Part shown: piece after piece, positions 53,226 through 64,000 of the stretch
Position numbering within the stretch: the first letter of the stretch is position 1
Layout of the letters: every line of letters starts with the position of its first letter
Assembly (NCBI RefSeq): GCF_009914755.1
Contig: NC_060934.1
Strand: one strand, 5' to 3'
Source of the DNA: the human T2T-CHM13v2.0 reference genome, Homo sapiens
DNA length: 64,000 bases
Position numbers and translations under genes: made by a program
The notes under the pieces: generated by a model
Seen by the model: only the letters and a program-made list of their open reading frames with translations
What the model was told of the DNA's origin: nothing
The model's database searches: none

Positions 53226-55748
53226 CCTGCAGCCCCCCAAATAATTATCATTCTTTGAGTTCTTACAATGTACCAAAACCTGCGTTGAGCACCTTAAATA
53301 CATTACCTTGATTATTCCTTAAAACCACCTGCGACGTGATTATTGTTTCCCTTCTTGTATGTCTGAGAAGATAATGACTTAAACTGCCTCAAATCCCTTC
53401 ATCCAGAAATGGGATGTCCTGCATTTTGAATCTCTGCTTTATTCTACCTCTATAAATGTCTAATTTGCCTAATAGTGATCCCCTGGTTTTGGGTTTTGAC
53501 AAGATAGGGGCCCACCTACCATTTCCTCGGCTATTCTATAGTTGTATGTTATAAGGAGACCTTAAAATAAAGATATGATTTGTCTTGCTAGGAGCAAAGC
53601 ATGTATGCATAGCTCATATAAGAACACATTTCTATGGAGATAACATTTTGAACCAAAGTGGCTTTAAAAGGCAGCAGAGATGTGTATATTTCCTGAAGGC
53701 ATAGAACCTTTTTCTCCCTCTAGTTAACATGGCCCTTCTTTTCTTAAGACTGACAGTTGTATTCTTGTTGGGCAGTCACTAGAATTTGTTCTGTTGCCAG
53801 ACCTCCTGGGGCATCAAAGTGCTGTCTGAATTAGAGAATAATGGCATGATGAGGTCAATGACAGCTCTGAAAATGACATGTTGCCATAGTGGTAAGAAAA
53901 TTTCAAAAATATAAAGAACTCCATTATCTTATGATATTTTATTAGTATCTATTCTCCTGGCATAGTACAGTTTTTATTCTTCTAGGAATGGGTTGAATAA
54001 GTTGAGTCCACTCTTATTTTTATGATCTAATGCATAGAGGCAACATCAAAATACGAATGCCTTGCAAAAGATTGCCTATGTTGTGAAAATGAGAAGATGT
54101 AGTTGTTAAATGCCCATAATAAGTCAGGCATTGTAATAATTTATAAGAGTGGATAAAAATACTAGAATTAAAATTTAGGGGTTTTTAAAAATTCCTTTTT
54201 CTTCACATCTGAAGTGTGATATTGATCTGGATGTGTGGTTGACTCCAGGATGGTGAAGAATATGTAAGTAGGGATTGTGATAAATAAAGTTCAAATAATA
54301 TGAGATTAAAAAAATCTTTATAGAAAAGGATCAGGGAGATTTGAATACAAGAGTTATATTGTTTAGTTAGTTCTAGCTTTCCAAAGATTTTCAGTAGATT
54401 TTATTAAAAGGATTATGTTCCATATTAGCTTTTTTTTTTTTAAATTTTGCTTTGCAGACATTTAAAGTGATCCTGATATTCAATGGCACATATAACCTTC
54501 ATTGATTTGCTTTCCAGCTCTTTGTGACTTTACAAATTCAATGCATACAGGTAAAGTGTAATCAAGTTATTAATCTTTGAGAATCTTTATGTACTACTTA
54601 TAACAGAATCAGTTCTTGTGACTCAGTAAGGAAGGCAAACATTTTCATGAATTGCAGTCTGTAGAGGAGAAGAGTAGTGTTGATTGTATTTCTTTACTTT
54701 TATATCACAGAGTTATATTACACCCAGTCATTTACATTTGATGCTATTTGATATGATAACATTTGCTATGTGAACAGAATTGTAGAAATCAAAAATCATT
54801 TAAAAAGAGTCTCTTCCTCCCAGTCCTAGAATAAAACAGTTCCGTCTGGCGTACTGTTATTCAGAGCCTTCTGATGAATACTATGTTACTAACGGGTAAG
54901 AATAAGGAGAAGAAAAAGGAAAAAGGAGAAAAGGTACCATTTCTGCATAATTGAAATAAAATAGGAATTACTGTGGGAAGTATTTCCTGGATGTTCCACA
55001 AGAATTTATTTTACTTTCAGTCTCTAAATTATGACAGTGTTGCTTATAACCTTTAACAGTTGGATTCCAGATGTCCTCCATTTAACACTGTTCATCCAAA
55101 CATGTGTACACAATTGGCATATCTACTTTTTATCATGCTGTGATAAACATCATGTATTTCAGGTACTGATTCTTTTTTATACATCAAAACTGCTTCAGAT
55201 CAGCAGAACTCAGACACAGTGTATGCTGGGACCTCAATAGTGTCAGCCAGGGTGGGGCTTAGTCATGGTTCAAAGAAAAATAAATTGAAATAATCGTATG
55301 TTTTTCTTAAAATATGTTAATATTGCATGTAAAATCTTCACATACGTGGGATAAACCTCACTTGGCCATGACATATTATCCTTTTTTTTTTTTTTTGGAT
55401 TAAGTTCACTAAAATTGTGTTAAGATTTTTTGCATCTATGTTTATGAAGAACACTTGTATGTAATATTCTTGTAGTGTCTTTGGTTTTGGTGTTGGAGGA
55501 ATGTTGGCCTAATAAAATAATTTGGGACTGTTCCCTCCTCTTAAATATTCTGAAAGAGTTTTACAGAATTGGTGTTTTTTTAAATTACATTTATGGTAGA
55601 GTTGCCGAGTAAAGTCATCTGGGATTGGAGTTATCTCTGTGGGAAGATTTTCAACTACAGTTTACTGATATAGATAGTTCAATAATTATATATAGGAAAA
55701 TTCCAGTTATCTATTTTTGAAAAACCTTCTATGGTTTGATGTTTTAAG

Positions 55749-56056
<308 letters not shown>

Positions 56057-57063
56057 AAGTAATTTTTCTGTTTCATCAAAGTGTTTGTTGGTGGTGACAT
56101 AAATTTGTTCCATATAATTTCTTATTTTTAAAAATACCTCTACAGTCTGTAGTGCTGTCATTTCTCTCATTTCTGTTATCGATAATTTGTGTCTACTTTT
56201 TTCCCTACCCTCGTCACTCTTGATAGAATCAATTTTATTAATGTTCTCAAAGGATCAAGTTTTTATTTCACTAGTTTTTCTCTATTGATTTTCATTTTTC
56301 CATTTTAAAAAATTTCTGACTTCATTATTACTTTTTTCCTTCTGCTTATTTTGTGTTTCATTTGATTTTCCTTGTTTTTCTTTTTTAATATGGAAAATAA
56401 GATTATTAACATGAGGTGTTTTTAAAATTCTAATATAGGTTACCAGTGCTATAAATTTCCCACCAAAGTCTTACTTTTGCTAATTCCTACAAATATTGAT
56501 ATGCTCTGTTTTTATTTTCAGTTTAATATACTTTCTAATTACTTTTATATTATTCCTTTCTCCATTGGTTAATTAGAAGTATGTTAGTTCCAAATATTTT
56601 GACATTTCCCTGATATCATTTACTTATTGATCTCTAACTTAATTCCACTGTGTTCAGAGCACATGCATTGTATGAGTTGAATCATTTTAAATATATTGAA
56701 ACTTGTTTAATGAACCCGAATATGATCTATCCTAGTAAATGTGGCATGCACACTAGAAAAGAATATTTATCTGCTGTTGTTGGATGGAGTGTACTATAAC
56801 TGAATTTTTTCAAGTTGGTTGACTTTTGTTCAAGTTTTCTATATCTCCACTGATTTGCTATCTTCTTGACTGTCAACTACCAAGAGATAAGGGTTAAAAT
56901 AGCAGATTATAATGGTGGATTTGTCCATTTCTCCCTTGCAGTTCTATTGATTTTTGCTTCATATATTTTGAAGTTCTGTAGTAAGCTGCATAGATATTTA
57001 TCATTGTTATGCATCCTTGGAGTGTTTACCCATCCCTTTATCATTATGTAGTATCATTACTCT

Positions 57064-57297
57064 TTTGTTTTCTTTCTTCCTTTTTTTTTTGGAGACAGGT
57101 TTTCACACCGTTGCCCAGGCTGGAGTGCAGTGGTGAGATCATGGTTCACTGCAGCCTCAATCTCCTGGGCTCAAGAGATTCTGCCATGTCAGCCTCCTGA
57201 GTAGCTGAGACTGCAGGCATGTGCTACTGTGCCTGGCTAATTTTTTTGTTTGTTTGTTTTTAGTAGAGACAAGGACTCGCTGTGTTGCCCAGGCTGG
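57064..57297 (-). mobile_element. AluJ, 5'-truncated
   Basis: 'cactgcagcctcaatctcctgggctcaag'; stops at 'gttgcccaggctgg'; gtagtat on both flanks. Confidence 0.93.
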
Positions 57298-59625
57298 TAG
57301 TATTTCTCTTTATTCCTCAAATTTTGGTGATTATAAAGTCTACTTGGTCTGATGATAGTGTAATTACTCCAGCTTTCTTTTGGGTATTGTTTGTGTGGTA
57401 TATCTGTTTTCATTTATGCTTTTAGCCTGTTTATATATTTTAAAGTGGGCTTTTTGTAGGCAGCATATAATTGGGTCTTGCTTTTTGATCCAATATGATA
57501 ACGTTTCCTTTTTTTTTGCATTTCCTTTGTTGTTTTCTTACCTCTATTTCTTTGTTTTATTATTTTCGTGGTTGCTTTATCATTATTTGATAGTTTTAGT
57601 ATATACCTCTAGCTTTCACTGTCAAGTTGCAAGTAATATTACATCACTTCATGTGTATTATAAGAACTCTGCATAGTACACTTCACTTCTCTCTCCCCTC
57701 CTCATCTTTATGCTACTGTTATCAAACATTGTATATACATATACATAAACATATACATATATAAATAAACCTCACAATACTTTGTTACTATTTTTGCTAT
57801 AAACAGTTGATTATATTTGGAATATTTAAATGAAAAGATACTTTATATTTACTCACATAATTGCCATTTCCCATGCTCTGTATTTCTTTGGGTAGATACA
57901 TATTTCTGGCTGTTAATTTTCTTCTGACTGAAGGATGTCCTTTACATTTTTTTGTAATGCAACTCTGTTACTGCTGGATTTTCTCAGCTGTTGTAGCCCT
58001 ATAAATGGCTTTATTTCACCTCTGTTTTTGAAAGATACTTTTGTTGAGTAAAGCATTGTAGATTAACTTTTTTGTTTTTGTTCTTCCCTTTCAGTTTCTT
58101 AAAGATCAGCTCTATTGACATCTCTGTTGCAAATGTTTATAAGAATTCTACTGTTATCATTACCTTTGTTTTCTGTATAATGCAGCTTTTTCTGTTGGTC
58201 ACTTATAAGATTTACAATTTATCACTGGTTTTCAATTTATTGCTGTAAAAAGTTTATTATGATGTGCCTTTATATGGTTTTCTTCATCCTTCTTATGCTT
58301 GGAATTTGTCGAGCTTCTCAACTCTATGGGTTTATAATTTTCATGATTTTTTTTAATTGACTATTATATTTGAAAATAGCTTTTTGTTCTCATCTTCTTC
58401 TGGAACTCTACTTCTACATATGTTATATGCCTAATATATACTTTGAAGTCGCCCCATACTTCACTGATGCTCATTATTGTTTTTAACTTCCTATTTTTGA
58501 TAGTTTCTATTGCTATGTACCCAAGACCCCTACCATTTCTTCTGCAATGTCTAATGTGTCTTCCATCCCATCCAGTGCATTTGTTATTTCAGACTATATA
58601 GTTTTCATCTCTCATTTGTTTTCCATTTCTCAAGAATCACTGTCCTTCTTTGCCAGAAATCTAAAGTCTTAGTCCATGATACTACATTTTGGCCAGGACT
58701 GGAAATTTCTCATCACCTTTAATGTATGTAATCTTTGCCAAATGAATTAAATTCTCTCTCAATTTTCTTTTAAAAAATTGTAATTACAAATTAGCTATGT
58801 CAAAAAAAGATTGTTTAAAAAATAAGGTGATCCAGAAAGACAGCTTAGTATATTCTTTGAAGCATCTTAATTAGTAAAGGCTAGTATCATTAAAATTAGG
58901 AAGTGATGCTTGGAGTCATTTTAGGCATTGATACTTTATTCTATGTGATCAGTTCATTGGAAGAATGACCCTGGGCTGAGGGAATGCATATAGGCCATGT
59001 AGTATGAGAAACAAACAAGAACAAGAACCAAGGAGAGTATTTGATTATTTGGATCCTAGAATCTTAGACTCTCATCTCAGAAGCAAGATTAGGATAAGAA
59101 CAGGACATGGGACTAGATGCCCAGTCCATGGCCTGAGCATCAGTGGTAAAACAGGAGAAAACTACAAGGACCAGGTGGATGCTGTCAGCTTGCCACTGTA
59201 CTACTGGACATGGTACCAGATTTTTCTGTGTGAAAACCTGGCTCAGCAGTAGATGGGGCTGAGCTTTCAGTGTGGAGATAACTGTGTCTACAATCAAGAG
59301 AGTCTGAGAAAGACAGGGATTAAAAATATTATTTCTTGCTTTATCTATCTATCTTATTCATTTACATGAATGTCCTTCACTATTGTAATGATCTTAAAAA
59401 CAATGAAACCCCAAAGAGTTTACTTCAGCGGAGGCAGAGATGTGAATAAATTATGGAAGCTTAGGGACCCTCATATCCCCCATCTCAAAAAAATGATACT
59501 GCAGCTATGACTGCAAACCAAATGCGATTGCCTTTCTTTGTGTTCACATGATGCCTGAAATTTACTAGATATGTTTCTTCTCTCATGCAGCCTAACATAT
59601 ATGACTTGTAAACCAGCCCATGATA

Positions 59626-59996
59626 TGTCTTAGTTAGGTAAGGCTGCCATACCATAGACTGAGTGGCTTAAACAACAGAAATTTCTCACAGTTCCTGAAG
59701 CTGAAAGTCCGAGATCAAGGTTTGGCAGGTGTGGTTTCTCCAGTGGTCTTTTTCCTTGGCTTGTAGTCAGCTGCTTCTCTCTGAGTCCTCTCATAGCAAT
59801 TCTCTATCCACATACCCTCCCGTGTCTCTTCCTCTTAAAAACACCAGACCTATCATATAAGGGACCTCTTCTTAGGATCTCATTAACTTTCATTACCTCC
59901 TTAAAGGTCCTGTCTCCAAAAACAGTCACATTGCGGGGTTAGGGCTTCAACTTGTGAATTTTGGCAAGGGTTGTGGGGGGGCACAATTTCATAACA
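59626..59996 (-). mobile_element. MLT1A/A0-like MaLR solo LTR
   Basis: 'ccatagactgagtggcttaaacaacagaaattt...agtccgagatcaagg...ttacctccttaaaggtcctgtctccaaa.acagtcacattg.ggggttagggcttcaac'. Confidence 0.9.
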
Positions 59997-60264
59997 TAGT
60001 ATGAGGAATAGGTGTTTACACAGAATTTGTCTCCTGAACAAAACTTCTATATCCTTATATTGCAGAAGCCAACACTCTGGCTCAGAGGTTTATGGAAAGA
60101 ACATTTGCTAGAAGGAGAAGGGCCAGTATCTTCACTGGTATTTTGGACAAGGGTCTTGTTTGGATATTTGTTATGTGTGTGTCTTCAAAGTGTGAGACCT
60201 TCGGCCACATCCCTCAGTGGCTGAAGTAGCATTCTGGATTAAGGAATTTTTAAAATTAAATTAA

Positions 60265-60374
60265 AGTTTTAAATTAACACATGATAATAGTACATATTTA
60301 CAGGGTACATAATGATGTTTCGATACTATGCAATGTGTAGTGATCAGACCAGGATAATTAGCATAGCCATCATA
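60265..60374 (-). mobile_element. L1MA 3'-terminal fragment
   Basis: 'gtacatatttacagggtacataatgatgtttcgatac..tgtagtgatcagaccaggataattagcata.ccatca'. Confidence 0.8.
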
Positions 60375-62189
60375 ATTCATATTTTTTACTGATTGGTTGG
60401 CCAACATCTCTCCAATTCATGAATCTAGAGGAACGTGGTTTATGGACCTCTGCTCCTGTGGACTCTGTTCAAGTCCGTAAATGGTTTGAGCAAGGATTGC
60501 TCAATTTCTGTTAACCTCACCATAGTCAGGGTTTGGGGACCTGTAACTGCCTTGGAGTGATTTCAAGATGCTGGGCCATTTCCAGTCATCTCTTATTCTC
60601 ACAGAAACCTCCTGGCATGCCTGGCACATCTTCACTCAATAAAACCATTTAAATAAATGATTGAGCAAAGAACACCTATTCAAGTGTCCATGCCAGAGGG
60701 GAAGATGTAGGAGCATACTAGAAGTTAATGAGCCAGGAATTTAAAGTTTTAATGTGTTTGTCCCTGAAGTTTGCCTCATCCATGCTTATTTTTAGAAAGC
60801 CATAGATTCTGTTGCTGGCACTCATTTCTAGTGCTTTTTTTATTGCTGATCAGTTTTAAAAAGTAAAAGCAAGTTCATGCCAACTATATATTTCAGCCAT
60901 TTTCTGCATCCTTTGCCTGCCTCCAAAGCAGAGGTATACAGGGGAGTGGAGAATAAAGCCACTGGACAGCCGAGGGCCATGTAGTCCCAGAGACAGCTCT
61001 TCCAGGAGCATGGAAGAAAATATTAACTCTTTCCACTTGTACTGAGATATTTTTAGAGTGGCTTCTTTTCTCTTTGGCTTGTGCCAGGGTGCTACTTTAT
61101 TGAGGAGCTGTCAAACTTTTTAAAAAAGAATTATTTCTATACAAGAAGAGTTTCCTTGATTCTATATCCATTGTGCTCTTTTATAAAAATCTCACTTGTT
61201 CTGGGAACTTACTAATTAATAGTTACATTGCAAGTTTTTTTTTCTTTTGCCTCAATTACCTAAAATAAGGGTAAATGAGTGCTAAGTTTTTTTGTTTTGT
61301 TGTTTGTTTGGTGGGTTTTTCCTTCTTGGTTTTTTTTTTTTTTTTTTTAAAGAAAAAAAAGAATTACTGGAAATTACATTTCAGGGGCACATGCCTAGTT
61401 TGGGACAGATTGAAATAAGAAGACATCCAAAACAGGGGTTATAGAGCACACAACATGTATTTCCAAGTAAAAAAGCAAGGCTGTTTTTAGATCTTTTGTC
61501 ATATTGAGTCATTGTAAAGAATGAGACTAAATTTATTGGCCACATAGGATAATCTGTCTTATTCCTTCAAAGAAACTGCTCAGGTACATGACATTTCTGT
61601 CTCCAAACCAAATGTCTAATGTGCTTTTATCTTGGCAATGTCACTTAAATCCCCTTCCAAATCTTTTCTTATATGTCATCATGTAAAATAGACTCCTGGA
61701 AACCAAAATGGCTACTCAGGAAGGCCACGCTCTAGGCAGTTCATCACAGGAAGCTGGAGCTCTGTGCTTCTGGTCCTATGCTCCCTGAGCTGCTATAGCT
61801 ATGGACCATGGCTACCACCCAAGGGTTTCCCCCAAACCATACCTAGCCTCTGCGGTCTGCCTGAGGTAGGAATTTCTTAGTGTGCATTGATTCTCTTTCT
61901 TCCACTTTCCTGATGACATTTCATTACAGCAAAGAAAATTTTTGGCCATAAAGATTTTCCATATATGGATCTTTTCCAAAATCTGTGTCTGTAGTTAGGA
62001 ACAACTTAATAAGAAGGCTCAGTGTTGGCACCATTTTTAAGAATATTTATTTCCCTGGGCTAATATTCTTTTAAAAATACTGCTTCTTAAGGGAAATGAT
62101 ACCTGTAAAAGAAAAATTAGAAGCTTCTGAATAAATTTGAAGAGGAAAGTCATGAAAAATTATAATTATATAAACTTTACACTATTATT

Positions 62190-62580
62190 GCTCTTTTGCT
62201 ATATTTTCCGGTCATTTTTGCTATATTTACCTGATTTTTATAGTCATGATTACATAATATGTTTTTCTCTCTATTTGTTTAACATTGTATTATAATCAGG
62301 TTTATAATCAGGTTAACAGATGCTTCATAAACATCACCTTTGACAACTGCATGAAATTCCACTGTATGACTCCAAATGTAATTTACTGAACTGTTCTATT
62401 AATGGAAATTTATGCAATTTTAATATTTCTATTCATATAGATATATGGCAATACAGATATTTGAACAACATTTTTTTTCTGATTTAGGATGTTTTCTTTA
62501 GACAGATTCCATGTGGAAATATGAGGTCAAAAATTAGAAATATTTTTAAACCTTTGATAAATAGCGTTTTCCATACTGTT
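62190..62580 (-). mobile_element. Degraded L1ME fragment
   Basis: 'actgcatgaaattccactgtatg...ttttctttagacagattcc..gtggaaat..ggtcaaaa...tttgataaata'. Confidence 0.5.
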
Positions 62581-62788
62581 TCCTACCTCGTTGTAAGTAC
62601 AAGTTTGTCCACCTGGCTTCCTAAGTTGGTCAACATAAATTTGCACCAACTTAACATCTGAAATATAATAATATACACTGAGGTTCTTAGCATAATTTGT
62701 GTTTCTTTTAAATTGGCATTGCTGATGACATTAACCAGTGTGACTGGGGAATGATTCTGTTGTCCACTGATCCATTTAATGTCTCAGT

Positions 62789-62807
62789 TCTGGCCATCTA
62801 GTGGTCT
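62789..62807 (-). promoter_or_regulatory. Candidate CTCF binding motif
   Basis: Minus strand reads AGACCACTAGATGGCCAGA; the core CCACTAGATGGC fits the CTCF consensus, the 3' flank is suboptimal. Confidence 0.45.
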
Positions 62808-63325
62808 AGTCTGTGTTTTCTACTGAACAACATATTGAGCTTTTCTCTGCTGCTTCCTGGCTTTCATATTTACTGCAGAGAAATCTCATTGTCTGCAATG
62901 ATTGGACTTTTAGAATAGAATCTTAGTCATCTGTATTCTACGGCATGAAAACTAGGCCCACACTATTTACTACTGACCTGAGGACTCAGCTCTGCCTGCA
63001 TGTAGACCTGGAAAAACACCTTCTGCCTGTGCTCAGAATACCTGCTGGACCTGGTCACTCTCTACCCATGCTCTTTTCCTCAATGCTTTCCTTCCTTTCA
63101 CCTGTTGTCTTTTCATCTTCTCTCTTTTTATTCTTGGTCTGGCACTCGTGCAAGTAGAAGTGATTTGATAGCTTCCTCAGGCTTTTCATAAAAAGGGACC
63201 ATTTCCATGCAAGTGCTATTTTTACCAGTCTCAGAATTGTGTAAAAGGCTTTGGTTCTGTGATATTTTCTGGACCACACTATAAAAATTCCCTGATGCTA
63301 TAGACCCATGGGTTTTACTTTAACT

Positions 63326-63620
63326 CAGTATTTCCTAAACTGTGCTTCTGTGGAATTTCAGTTCAATTTCAATGGGAGCCAGGAACTAAGGTTCCCATGG
63401 TCAAATAAACTGCAAACTGTGCTTCCTAAATGGTCTTCTTGAAGATTTGCAGTTCATGTTATCATATCTAATGGTTTGGAGACATCAGAAGGAAAAAAAA
63501 ATTATGTTTTAACTTGGTCACTCCCCACTGAGGAACTATTTTTTTTCTCTTTTTATTTTTTATGGCTATACCTAGAGTCATTTTTCCTTAAAACCCATCT
63601 GGAAAAAGCTGGTTTGACCA
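63326..63620. mobile_element. MER103/Charlie-like DNA transposon fossil
   Basis: Starts 'cagtatttcctaaactgtgcttctgtggaa'; contains 'ggttcccatggtcaaataa'. Confidence 0.45.
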
Positions 63621-64000
63621 TGCAACCTGTTTATTAAAGTGGACCATGGTTTTACATCAAGGGGAAGATGTGACAAAAAATAAACATTTTCCAGTTTTGG
63701 AGCTGGACTGTGCACACATTTCTGTTCAGCAGTATTAGAACCCCTTCAACATTTGGAAATTATAATGTTTCTGCAGATGGGAACAAGCTGGATGCCAAGG
63801 AGTGTGCATGAGCGAGAGCAGAGGCCCAGCCTGTGAGCTCCACTCTGCTCTGCTGGCAGTGATCCAGTGACTACCTAACAGAGAGAAGTGGATAGCTTTA
63901 TGGGCAATTGTTTGCCCACTGGTTGAAATGCTTGGGTTGGATTTATCGGAACCATGGTCACATAAAGTTGTCTGTCACCCAAAGGGAATCATAAAGATGC

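Noticed and set aside
52537-53311. Cluster of overlapping ORFs on both strands
   Set aside because: They essentially coincide with the GC-richer MER50 LTR; no gag/pol/env similarity

Overview
This is AT-rich primate genomic DNA; the AluY elements point to human or another catarrhine. It reads as intronic or intergenic. I could not support any protein-coding gene, RNA gene, CpG island or CRISPR array, and all listed ORFs look spurious or repeat-derived. The window is a mosaic of interspersed repeats: 13 Alu-family segments (including a FLAM monomer), old L1M/L1PB fragments, L2, MIR, five solo LTRs (MSTA, MLT1E, MER4A, MER50, MLT1A) and fossil DNA transposons (MER5A, MER102, MER58A, MARNA-like, half a MADE1). 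The first ~18 kb has no recognisable Alu, L1 or LTR, whereas 35-58 kb is repeat-dense. The most distinctive non-TE structure is a 3-copy, 81-bp tandem repeat at 42839-43085. Other points of interest are a solo Hsmar1 terminal inverted repeat (a candidate SETMAR site), a MER50 LTR with a TATA box, strong splice donor and G4 motif, inverted Alu pairs, variants shared between neighbouring AluYs, a trimeric Alu, and POU and CTCF motifs. I found no convincing new biological system. Repeat subfamily names come from my recollection of consensus sequences, and boundaries of old elements are approximate.
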